Shown one piece after another: positions 11,830 through 24,263 of a stretch of 64,000 nucleotides of DNA. This DNA is from Adineta vaga. Lineage: Eukaryota > Animalia > Rotifera. Below the pieces are notes generated by a model, which saw only the letters and a program-made list of their open reading frames with translations, made no database searches and was not told the origin of the DNA. Positions within the stretch are counted from its first letter, which is position 1; each line of letters begins with the position of its first letter. The translations under genes were made by a program, and so were the position numbers. The stretch covers positions 14,694,001-14,758,000 of the forward strand of contig CP075495.1 in assembly GCA_021613535.1 (NCBI GenBank). The letters run 5' to 3'.

Positions 11830-14800
11830 ATGAATATATTTACAATAGATCAACCAAGCTTCTGGAACTGTGATGGTTGTGATCGAATTATTTGGGATGG
11901 TAAATTGCGATACAATTGTACGATTTGTGATGATTTTGATTATTGTGAAGAATGTCTTAAGACAAAGAATCCACCACATTCTCATCCAATGGAACCTGAA
12001 CTTGCTTTTGGTCGTGTAAAGAAAAGCGATTTTGAGGCAGTAGATATGGCAACTGGTATTGAAAAAGCTTTTGATATATATTGGAACCATTCTTGTATGG
12101 GTAGACGAGACATAGATGAAATCAATCCTTCTGTATATAAGAATTCGTATAGTTGGTTAACATATAAAGAAGTCCGAGATCGAACAAAAAATTTTGGACA
12201 TGGATTACGTAGTTTGACGAAACCACGTAGTTATCTTGGAATCTGTGCAGCAAATCGACCAGAATGGTTAATGACTGATTTTGCATGTATGCTTCAGAGT
12301 ATTATTAGTGTTCCAATCTATTGTTTGTTTGACAATCGAGAAATTACTTATGTTATTAATAATACTCAAGTTTCTGTTATTGTTTGTGATAAACAAATGC
12401 TACCAAGATTTATTCAAATAGCTTCTGAATGTCCAACACTTCGTCATATTATCTGCATGGATCCAGTTTGCCAAACAATATTGAGTAAGTATTGTGACTC
12501 GTATACTTTTTGTATTTAATTAGAATCTTGAATTTTATTTTAGCACAAGTACATGACAATAAATTTACTCTTCATTATATGGGCGATATTGAAAAGGTTG
12601 GCACGATCAAACAATATGCACGTATCACTATTAAACCGAGTGATTGTTTGACGATTATATATACGAGTGGTAGTTCTGGTTTTCCGAAAGGTGCGATCAT
12701 TTCTGAAGAAGCTTATCGAGCAACATTTACAAATTGGTTTATAAATTGTGAAACATTTCGAGTAAGTTTTAGTTATCGACCATTGGCATGGGCAGCTGAT
12801 CGTGATGCTGCCATTGGAACTTTTATTGCCGGAGGAAAAATTGGATTTTCGACAGGAGATATCAATCGTTTAATGGAAGAATTGACTCTTGTTAGACCGA
12901 CACAATTTTCTGCACCACCAAGTTTGTGGAATAAAATCTATGCTGAATACAAAACAGCTATTGCACTAATCAATCCACAACTTTCATCGACTGAAAAAGA
13001 ACGAGAAGAAGATCGTCTATTAAAACAATTTTCCAAATTGATTCCAACACGATGTAATGTATTGACTGTGGGTAGTGCAAAAGTCAGTCCAACTGTATGG
13101 AATTTTATGAGACGATGTTTTCGAAATTGTCGCATTAATGAATCATATGGAATTACAGAATGCGGTAGTGTAGCATATAACCATATATTCGAAGAAACAC
13201 TTGACTATCGCCTTGAATCCGTGCCAGAAATGGGTTATACAATTGATGACAGACCTTTTCCACGTGGAGAAATTCTAGTAAAAACTATCCAAATGTTTTC
13301 AGGATATATTAACAATCCCGAAGAAACTCGAGCAACACTTACAGAAGATGGCTATTTTCGTACTGGTGATATTGTTGAAATAAGTAGGAATTCTTTGGGA
13401 CAACCTGATATACATGTGATTGATCGAAAGAAAAGTTTCTTTAAACTTTCTCAAGGACAATTTGTCTCACCCGAATATCTTCAAAGTATTTATATTCAAA
13501 GTCCTTTCGTCGAACAAATCTACATACACGGTGATTTATTATCAGATGCCGTGTCTGCAGTAGTCGTACCTAATCAAACATTTGCAGAAAAGTTTATTCT
13601 GGAACGTCATATACAAAATTTTGATAAGATTAATCCATGTTCACAATTTTGTGACGCAGTTTTACAAGATCTTCGTTCAATTGCAAAACAACAAGCATTA
13701 CGTGCGCATGAAATTCCATCACATTTAATTATCGATTTCGAACCTTTCACACCAGAAAATGGTCTATTGACATCTTCATTTAAACCATGTCGTCATAAAT
13801 TAGCTGCGTATTATGGAGAAAGACTTCGAGCAACAAAGACTATTGATCAACGATTAAAAGTCATCATCGAAGCAGCAACAGGACATTCACTATCAAATGA
13901 TGATAAAGAACATTTATTGCTTTCCAATGGTGGTGATTCATTGCAAGCAGTAAGATTATCTCGAATGATTGAAAAAGATTTTGGAATACCTGTACCAATA
14001 AGTATTCTGTTCGATTCAAATATGACTCTTCAACGATTAACAACTCTTATTAAAGATCCATCTAAAATTTCTACTATGTCTCAATCGATTCTATCTCAAC
14101 TAATCAATGATTCACATCTAGATTTAAATATTAATACAAATAAACAGAAAAAAACAACGGATTCACCGACAGTAGTATTTATTACTGGAACTACTGGATT
14201 TGTTGGTGCTTTTCTATTAGCTGAACTGTTGAATAATTATCCTTCAAATTGTAAATTTATTTGTCTTGTACGATGTGAATCATCATTGCTGAATCCTATG
14301 GATCGTATTGAACAAAACATGCGTTTCTATCAGATATGGAATGAAGATTATAGAGAGCGAATTGTTCCTCTACGAGGTGATCTATCGAAAATTTATTTTG
14401 GATTAAATAATAATATCTATGAATCACTTGCTAATCAAATTGATATGATTTTTCATTGTGGTGCGACTGTGAATTTCATGTTTCCATATAGTAAACTTTA
14501 TGGTCCAAATGTATGTGGTACTCGAGAAATAATTCGATTAGCAACTTATCCTTCTGCATTCATACCTGTACAATACATTTCAACAGTGAGTGTATTATCA
14601 AATGGTATCAATGAAGAGATTTCTATTGATCATATTTCTCCTCATGGTTTAGTTAGTGGTTATGGACAGAGTAAATGGGTAGCTGAAAAACTCATTACTA
14701 AAGCAAGTCAATTGGGCTTGCCAGTAGTCATCTATCGTCTTGGATCAATCTGTGCTGCCACTGATACAGGTGCATGTAATAAAAATGATATTCATACATT

Positions 14801-15246
14801 ATTTTTAATGGCAATTATGAAATTAGGTTACTACCCAGACAGACAAACTGACACTTATATAACATGGTTTAGCAGTTGATTTCACTGCTAAAAGTATTGT
14901 TTATTTAAGTCGTACTCAACCTGATCGAAATGGAAAAGTTTATCATGTAATCAATCTAATTCATAAAGTACTTTTTAAAGATATAATTGGTAGTATAACT
15001 CGTTGTTCAATTCATTTAACTGGAGTCTCATTCGAAGAATGGCAAACCAAATTGAAGAGTATCATAAATGAGAATAGCTTTTTTGAATCTGCAGGAGACT
15101 TTCTATTAGAAAGTGATTTCAATGAAAGAGTTCAAATATCTGCGAAAGAATATTCAAAGGCTATTTCTCATTTAAACTTTCCATGTTTTGACGACGATTA
15201 TCTGTCTAATTGGATGAATTTTATATTACATAATTTACTTCGTTGA
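11830..15246 (+). CDS. ZZ-zinc-finger / carboxylic acid reductase-like NRPS-like enzyme (adenylation-PCP-thioester reductase); intron 12485-12543; 1-nt frameshift near 14861
   Basis: ZZ motif CDGC..RYNCTICDDFDYCEEC..HSH. A-domain motifs YTSGSSGFPKG, YGITE, YFRTGD, DRKKSFFKLSQGQFV, PFTPENGLLT. PCP motif GGDSL. Reductase motifs TGTTGFVG and GYGQSKW. HGLAVDF continues in the +1 frame to TGA at 15246. Confidence 0.9.
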
Positions 15247-16307
15247 TTACTTTTATTTCAAGAGGAAAAAAAATATTGTTGATTTGATTAATAAAACAAT
15301 ATGCCAGATAAACTTCCTCATTTAGAAATATTTGTAATTTAATCAATATAAATTATAGATGTTCACTTTTTTTCAATCTAACGAAAAACAAAATTGATAA
15401 AATTTTTGTGTAACGTTTATTTCGAAGAATATATTTTTTCGTTATTAATGATGTCGTTATATCTTGTTGACACCATTTAAATGATTTGGTCTCTAACCTT
15501 CATTGACTGGCATTGTACATTAGTATACAAAGATACAATCAGCTACCTGATTGCATCGATTCTACACACATTCCTTGTCTCTCACTATTTGACATTTTTT
15601 TTCCTTATCCTCATATTTATTTATAGTACATATAGCAAAAAAATAGGTCCTTGGTTTACCTATCTCTAGTCGACTGTCTATTCATACTTCAAATTACCTT
15701 CTAATAAAAAAAACAAAAATTATATATTTCACTTATTATTTATGAATAAATAGAATGAAGTCTTGTAAAGAATATCAATAATGAATGCTACATAGGTCAT
15801 TTGAATTCAATGTGATGTTTGTAAAAATATGCTCTATACAAACAAACAAAAAACACCCAGACGAGTGAAATTGACTAAGGAAGTAGTCTAATGAAACCAA
15901 TCAATGTATATATATATATAAAGAAAATAATGGAGTAAAACATGTTATTATGTAATCTAATTGAGGAAAATATATAAGTTCTTACATATCACGAAGAAAA
16001 CCTGGAGAGAAAGCCAAACAATAGAGAGAGAGAGAAGAAAAAAAAGAATTGAATAGACAGAGAGAGAAAGAGAACGAACACATATGGATGATACCTTTAA
16101 CAAATTTTGTCTTATGAAGTGTTTTAAGTATGTACCATAACAGGTTTGCCTACATTCACTTACGTCGTCTATTATTATTTCTTTCGCTGTTTTTGTTCTG
16201 TTCTCTTGCGAATCATGTGATTGTGATTGCACAGTAGCAGAATAAAAAATTTTCAACGAGGTAAGAGTAAAAACATGCAAGTATGTAACGATAGTTTTCA
16301 TAGTGAT

Positions 16308-18312
16308 ATGTCATTGAAATATTCGTGGACAACCAAAGATGAACTTATACATCGTGCTACTCGACAAGGTCGTGTATTTTCCTTAGAAACATATTTAAAT
16401 CGTTATCCTCTTGAAAATATTAATCAACAATTTGAATATGGACGATCAAGATGGACTCTATTGATAGCTGCATGTTTTTATAAACATGAACATATTGTTC
16501 GTATGTTATTGCGTCGTTTTAAGCCCGATGTGAATGCAATTGGTGATGTTAAACTTGATTTTGTTCATGAAATTATGTATGGTGTATCAGCTTTATGGGT
16601 AGCTGTTGCTGTTGGTCAATTAGATATTGTTAGATTATTAATTGAAGAAGGTAATGCAAATATCAATCATCTATCTGTCACACGTAGTTCATCGTTACGT
16701 GCTGCTTCATATATTGGTCGTCTTGATATTACTCGTTATTTAATTGAACATAATGCTGATATGGGATTAGTACGTGATGGAAATTATACAAATTTAATGT
16801 TAAGTGCTTATCGTGAACATACACATATGTTAAAATATTTTCTTGATGAATTAAAATGTGATCCAAATGAATATGATCAAGATGGTCGAACGCCATTACA
16901 TTATGCAATTGATGGTGGTTCACTTGATGTTGTTCGATTATTATTAGAACATGGAGCAAAAAATTCATCACGAAATCCAATGACACCATTGATATGGGCA
17001 GCTTTAGAAGCAAGAGAAGATTTAGTTGATGCTTTTGAAAATTATTGTTCATCCGATTTCGAATGGATCGAAGCACGAGAATTACTTGGAGCATCATATG
17101 CAAATATTGAATCAAAAAATTATAATCTTAATAAAGCTATTGAACATTTAATGAAAGCTTATAACTGGAGAAGAGAAAAAAAACTTCCAAAACGACTTCC
17201 ATGTTTTTCATTAATTTCAGCTTATAATTATTCTCACGAATGTCAAACATTAGATGAATTTAATGTACTTCTTTTGAAGTCAAATGCAGAATTACATATT
17301 GAATCATTACGTATTCAAGAAAGAATTTTAGGTCAAAAAAATAAACGTTATCGTCATTCAATACGATTTTATGGTGCTATATTAGCTGATACACAACAAT
17401 ATGATCTTGCACTTCAATTTTGGTTATATGAACTTCATCTACGAAAACTACATCAAATTCATTTTGATAAATGGCATTTACGAGATTTTATTCATATTTT
17501 TTCCGAAATGATTATTAATAATATTGATCATATTTCTCAACAAGCAATTTTAGAAATTCTCAAAGCATTAAATGCTGAATTATCCAATAATCGAAATAAT
17601 GATCATAATTTCTTGACACTTTTCTATTTAATCACTATCCTTAGTCATGTATGTATTGAAATATTTCTTCAAAATACATTCTCATACGTTTTTATTTGAA
17701 ATTTAGATGTCTGAAAAACAAAAGGTCTCATCCTCTATGGAAGATATTTATCGAATGTTAATTATATTTGTACGAAAATGTTATACAACAATTGGAAATT
17801 TACAACATTGGAGTCTTCTTCATTTAAGTATGATGACCGGATTATCATATGTAAATGATAGTCATATTATCGCTTTATGCAAGTATGTATCAAGAAATTT
17901 ATCTTTTAAAATGAAAAATAAGTTGTTGTTTTTTTTACTATCTTTTTGAAGATATCCATGTCATAAGACAGTTGCTTTACTTCTTCATTGTGGTGCTTAT
18001 ATTGATGCGTTTGATGCAGAAAGAAATACTCCATTACATTTAATTGCTCAACGTAAGGATGATATCGAGAATGTTTTGTTTATTATTAATCTTCTCTGTG
18101 ATACGGGTCGAGCTCATCCAGATTGTGTTAATACTCAAGGGCAAACACCACTTGAATCAGCAGCAAATATTCATGTAAAAGCACATTTACGAGAAAAGAT
18201 TGGTGTGGGTCATTTGAAATGTTTATGTGCTCGATTAATCCGACGACAAAAGATCATATTTGATAACTGCCAATTTTCATCAGCACTTGTAAATTTTATT
18301 AACAAACATTGA
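16308..18312 (+). CDS. fem-1: Fem-1 homolog (ankyrin repeats, TPR-like region, C-terminal VHL box), CUL2 substrate receptor; 3 coding exons
   Basis: Ankyrin repeats (SALWVAV, SSLRAAS, TPLHYA), EARELLGASYAN, ERILG, terminal LKCLCARLI; short introns near 17650-17706 and 17884-17951. Confidence 0.85.
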
Positions 18313-18705
18313 TGATCAATCTGAATTAGATGAGAACAATTTCAACAGAATATATATTTTTTATGATAAGATGACAGACCATTTTCGATTAACTCATATC
18401 TTCTAATATTAAAAAAGTGATTTTGTTTTTTCTTCTTTCAATTGAAAATTTATTTACGAAAAAGGTGTTTTTGTTATTAGTCTGTTACCGTATGAAAAAT
18501 AAACTTTTCTAGAAAACAATTTCAGATAAAATATTCACATTTTATAATATTTCTCTTTGATAACGATCAAACAATGAGAAAATAGAAAAAAAACTCTCTT
18601 GGTGAATTTTCATATAATTTTACAATAAATATGAAGAAAAGAAACAAAGAAAAAAAATAAGTTGTGTTTTTCTCTCGTATGGTTAAGAATTGAAAAGAAA
18701 TTTAA

Positions 18706-20470
18706 TCAAGTGGTTCTTGCATACTCGTCATATGCATTTGAATCAGGCATTCTCTCTCGAATATGTGCTAATTGATCAAATAATATTCCATAATCATCTT
18801 GTCCATATCGTGGACGAATCGATATGATTGATTTTGGTAAACGATTTATTAAATGTTTATAATCAAGTAAATGATAATAATCATCATCATCATCATTCGT
18901 ATGATCTTTTTCTTGTTGTTGTTCGTCTTCTAATCGATAATTCAATTTTCTTGAATGAATTTCTTGTGTTTGTAATCCCATACATGAACTTGAATGTAAA
19001 AGAATTGGTAAAAGTGATGTATTTCGTTTGAGCATCATTGATTGTGGAATAATCGATGAACTCGATGCGGCATATGTATACAAACGTGTGGTCATATCTG
19101 CACTAGTAGATAATCGTCGCATATGTGATGTTCGTATTTCTTGTTTCGTAAAGCTCGGTTGTTTTTTGTTCACTACGGATGGTATAAGTAGAGAAAGACG
19201 AGAAGGTAACGTTTGTTTTGAACGTCCATTTTGAGTCATTTTAGATGATGTGTTTGTTTTTTTCTTTGAAAGATGAGATGCTCGAAGCATAGAAGTATCG
19301 GAAGGAAGAGGTGGAGAAGGATGTGGAGGGGGAAGATTGACTCGACTATGGCAAATATTGAATGTTTTATTATTAATTTGTCGTTTTGATTTTTGTTCTT
19401 GTTGTTGTTTCGAATATTGAGAACAAGTGCTTGATGAATTACTTGTACTACCGACTCCACTATCTGTTGAATCACTTTTTGGAAGTAGAGAAGAACGCAT
19501 TTGACAACCGGATATTTTCACTCGATCGAGTGGTTTCAGTTTGTTCAATGATGATGTTGATAACGAGATTGCATTGTGAATATGATTTTCTTGATCGTCA
19601 AATGTCGTAGGAATTGACGTCTATCGAAGAAAGAAAATGAATAAATCAGAGATTTGATTGAAAGCAATGATTAAAACATAGAAAATGATTGACGTTAAAC
19701 ACGATAAAATACTGAATTTAATTGACTTCTTTGTCATTTACAAGAAGAAGAAAAAATAAAGAATATAGTTTTCGATCGATTGAACGTTTTCTTTCTTGTT
19801 TGACTACTATCAGTTTTCCAAACTATCGGAATACGAGGTAAAAGAATGACTACACTTTTACATAGTTATTAATCAATAAAATTCATATGAAAATGTCTCT
19901 TACAATAAGACACACTTTGTCTAATGAATAGTATGTTTCTTAGTTTTTTTTAAGACTCACTCTTTCGCCTATTGGTCTGATAGTGTTCGATGGGATGTAA
20001 GAAATATTCTCATCAGACATGCTTTTGTTTTGTTTGATTAATTTTCTTAATTTTATTAAATCTTGTTGAATTCTTGAATGTAATGGATCAATATCAATAG
20101 AATTTCTTCCACGAATATCTCGCGTAGTTATTGTTGTATTACTACAATCACTAACACAAGAACCTTTTATTTCAATTGTTGATGTCATCGAATTTTTCTT
20201 TGAATCTTGCATGATTATTAATGCATCGGGAGGAGGTACGGTTGATAATAATGAAGAATTTTGCATTGAAGTTGCTACTTCTTGCCATTGTTTTTTCATT
20301 GATCGATATCGATGTAGACGTTGTGTAACACGCATATTGAAATATTTCAATGCTGTTTTCGTTGAATTCGAATGTGATGAAAGAGTAATTAAAGGATTTT
20401 CTGATTGATTTTGCAATAATTTTTGAATATCTGTCATATAGGATACAGAAGAAAGCTTCATTGAGGACAT
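18706..20470 (-). CDS. Uncharacterised Ser/Pro-rich, probably disordered protein (2 exons, intron about 19621-19960)
   Basis: Two long ORFs join in frame via GAAAGA|gtgagt ... cgatag|ACGTCA. Confidence 0.6.
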
Positions 20471-21785
20471 GTTTTTTTTTGTTCAATTTAATTATTAAAT
20501 ATCTGAAATAGAAACGTCTCATACTTGAGAAAAAGAAAAAGCAATTGAATCTAATCAGACACATGATTACAATTGAATATGTATGAAGAAAATAAAGAAG
20601 AGAGAAGACTTATTTTCATGAATAAATATCATGAGAAAAAAAACAAAGGTACAGAAACATAGTTTCATTGCATTTCTAATTTGAGATTTTAGAATATTTT
20701 TTATTTGAAAAAAAAACTGAAGAGAAATATAAGACACTCAAGAATTGTTTTTAATCAATTCAAATATTCTTTGAAATTTAATAGAATACATAGAGAGTCA
20801 AGATTATCAATCAAATTTGGAAATTAATCAAATTCATTTGTTGAAAATACTTTTTCTTTCGATATCTTTTTAAATTTTAGAAATCAATAGAAAACTAACA
20901 TTGTATTGAATAAAGATTGTTCATATAAGATAATTAAAAGTTAAATTTATATACTGATATTCCTTTTCCTTTTAGTTACGACGAATTTCAGAGTTTAAAA
21001 TTTTTAATCACTTTTATAATATGTCAAATGCATTATATTTCTACAATCGTAACTTAATCTTTTGTAAATGCACTTAATCTTTTCTCGCTTTTGTTTGTTC
21101 CATTACAAACACGTACAACAATCTAGACAATCACTTGACATTTACATCAGATGCTCTTTTTTTAATATCAAAGTAATGTTTATCATAGATTCCAGTTCAC
21201 GAAAGAAAAGAAACAATCGATTTTTCAAATCAAGTACAACTATTGCAATGTAAATTGGTTTACAAAAAAAGCAAATAATTGCCATTCGTTGTGTAATACC
21301 CTAATGAATCAACTTTGCCTATGTTTCTCAATTCAAATAGGACCTTGAAATTAAAACATAAGATTACTTTCTTTTCTTTTTACTAGAAAATGTCATATCA
21401 AATCAACAGTTTAATTTATCTTAATTATCATATTTTCGTACATTCTGATCGCACCTATACAGAAGAAAAAAAACGTATACGTTTGTTCGTTCTTTTAGAG
21501 GAGACCTAACTACGACAATATTTATATATTCGATCAATAAAATTATAAGCAAAAATAGTATTAATCCTGCGATTATGTGAAATTTATCTAAACAAAGCTA
21601 GTTATTTCTTTCTTTGCCTAGAAACGACAATGTGTGTTTGTTTTTCATTGGCCAATAGAAATTGAGATGTCATTCGATAAGATTTTCAAGCATTTTGTTG
21701 ATCGATTTTAGTTTTTCATATAAAAAATTCAGTCAATATTATTATTACTATTTTATTGAAATGAAAGGAAGAAAAAACAGAACGA

Positions 21786-21808
21786 GAAGAAGAAGAAGAA
21801 GAAGAAGA
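21786..21808 (+). repeat. (AGA)n microsatellite
   Basis: Direct run of agaagaaga... Confidence 0.85.
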
Positions 21809-22445
21809 AAAAGAACGGAGAGAAAAATATATGTACGTATATGCATCTACAGGTGAACTTGGGCGTCGACTTTTCTCGCGCAAAACCTATCATCAGCTCT
21901 TTATTTCATTCACTTCTCGCACTCTCCTTGTTGGGCAATCATCTATATTATAAATGACTGCCATCGCTGTTGATGTCAAATGAGATAAGAAATATTTAAA
22001 AGAGCATAAGGTAAGAATATAGAAATCTTTCTGAAAAATTTCGTTATGTAAATATGTTTACATAGATCTAAGTTGGATCGAGGGGCAATTCTAATATTCT
22101 TTTCATTCTTATCAACTGAAAAATAGCATCGATGTCAATAGGATACTAGAACAATAAATCAATCATCTCAACGAACAGCTGTTACAAAAGAGACGCATTG
22201 AAAATTAAGAATAATATTAGAAAAAAATGAACAGAAAGGCACTTTTCCGATAGATTTTTCTTTCCATTCTTATTGTTTTCATTTCATTAGAGTTGAAAGA
22301 AAACACGATTTATTATTTTACGATTAGAAATTCTTTCGAACAAACAATCATTTATAAATCTTGAGCCATAAAATTGTTCTTACATCAGAATTTGATAATA
22401 ATATTTCGAAAGATTTCATGTGAATTTTTCAGATTCGAACAAATT

Positions 22446-23525
22446 ATGTTTGATACAACACGTTTTGCTTATTATGTTCCAACTCTATCCTTTTCTTTCG
22501 AACATGATATTAGAACACGATTACAACGTCTTCACCTTCGTGCTCAACGATCATTCATTTCCTTACAAAGTATGCCGTACTATCCATATACAATCAATGA
22601 TGTTCCAACAATATTTCGCGAACCATTTATAATACATGGATATCGTTCAGATCATAAACCATGGTCATATTATTGGCAATCATTATTTCATAAACATAAT
22701 GAAACAATCAATGTATGGAGTCATATGACGGGTATCTTATACATCATATATCTCTTATATTACTATAATCAACGTTTAAATTTTATGGAAAATTCACATT
22801 CATGGCCATTTGTTGTTTCATTATGTACAGCTATAATTATGTTTATGTGTTCAGCATTTGCACATCTATTACATTCCAAATCGGATAGTATTCATCGAAC
22901 TTGTTTTGCTATTGATTATGTTGGTGTAAGTTTACATGGATTTGGTTCAGGTTTTCTTCATATCTATTATTCAGCTCCTCAATGGTATTACAATAAAATT
23001 GAATATGAATATATATTTATTCTTCTTATACTTGCTATTTTTGCTTGTTTTTTTAATTGTTTTGCGCAGTATTATTATTCTCGACCATATCCACCAATGA
23101 AACGTATCTGTCAATTTTTACCATGTGGAATCTTATGGATCTATTCCGTAATACCATTATTAATTCGTTTATTTCCAATTCAATTCCCATTAGATATTAC
23201 TTCAATGTGTCATGTTGGACAATTGATATTTTTTGTTATCGGTGCGATACTTTTTGCTTTCGATATACCACAACGATTTTGTCCCGGTACATTTGATTTC
23301 ATTGGTCAAGGCCATCAATTATTTCATTTATGTATTTATTTTGTTACAATTTGTCAAATGCATGGAGTTTATTGGGATTATGAAGCATCTCGAACAATTA
23401 TTGATCAAAGAGCAAAACCAGATTTAATCTTTTGTGCTGGTTCAATGATTTGTCTTATTCTTTGGAATATCGTTTCTGTATGTTTTTTTCGTTATTGGCT
23501 TCGTGAAAAAGAACATGTTCATTAA
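22446..23525 (+). CDS. PAQR-family 7TM protein, membrane progestin receptor-like (PAQR5-8 class)
   Basis: PTIFREPFIIHGYR, HNETINVWSH, SAFAHLL, DYVG, PQRFCPGTFDFIGQGHQLFH. Confidence 0.92.
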   Translation: MFDTTRFAYYVPTLSFSFEHDIRTRLQRLHLRAQRSFISLQSMPYYPYTINDVPTIFREPFIIHGYRSDHKPWSYYWQSLFHKHNETINVWSHMTGILYIIYLLYYYNQRLNFMENSHSWPFVVSLCTAIIMFMCSAFAHLLHSKSDSIHRTCFAIDYVGVSLHGFGSGFLHIYYSAPQWYYNKIEYEYIFILLILAIFACFFNCFAQYYYSRPYPPMKRICQFLPCGILWIYSVIPLLIRLFPIQFPLDITSMCHVGQLIFFVIGAILFAFDIPQRFCPGTFDFIGQGHQLFHLCIYFVTICQMHGVYWDYEASRTIIDQRAKPDLIFCAGSMICLILWNIVSVCFFRYWLREKEHVH

Positions 23526-24263
23526 GATTATAGATCTTTTAGGAAATTTTTCGATATTTTAACATAGTTAACCTGGTGTCTCTACTGTTTCTGTTTTCTT
23601 TATATATTTTTCTATTTAAATTAACAATAAACATTCCTAATCATCATTGAATAAATGTGAGAATAGAATTTCATTGAAAAAAAAGCAATTCACATCTTTT
23701 TTTCTCTTTATATCTAAGTGTCTCTCTAGTAAAAGAATAATATCTTGTGATTAATAACAATAGAATATTTATACTTATGAATCGATTCTATCAAGGGTAT
23801 GAAAACTGTAAAATGTAGTAATATTTTGCAAGAAATTTAATAGAGTAGTTATTTAAGGACATAATGTCTTCATCAATCAATGACTAAATATAAATGATTG
23901 CATTTTGAACGTGTTAATAAACTATAATCAATAACAAGATGATGAAATATTAAATAGACATATATATATATATATGTTTGGTTTCTTCTTATTACGAACG
24001 TGTTGAATCAAAATAGAATACTGAAAACTCAAGATTGTAAAGCAAATGAGTAATCAGAATTTGTTTTATAAGAGAGAAAAAAAGCGATTATTAATGAGTA
24101 CTACAGTTTGATGTTGGAGGAAGATAGACATATTTTTTATGTATTTTATATTGAATACAAATAGTATAATAGTTGAATGGCACAATGTGTGATTGATTCT
24201 GACAAGTCTAAAATGAATATATAAATGTTGTATACTTTGAAAATACTTTTAGAAGACGAAAAT

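Noticed and set aside
14836-14845. AGAC AGAC duplication as the cause of the CAR frameshift
   Set aside because: Removing 4 nt there runs into TAA before HGLAVDF, so the lesion must be at 14861-14862.
11830-15246. Bacterial contamination as source of the CAR-like gene
   Set aside because: It has a spliceosomal intron, a eukaryotic ZZ domain, host-like AT content and contiguous metazoan neighbours.
16729-23427. Antisense and alternate-frame ORFs overlapping fem-1, the 18.7-20.5 kb gene and PAQR
   Set aside because: Shadow ORFs of real genes with biased composition and no motifs.
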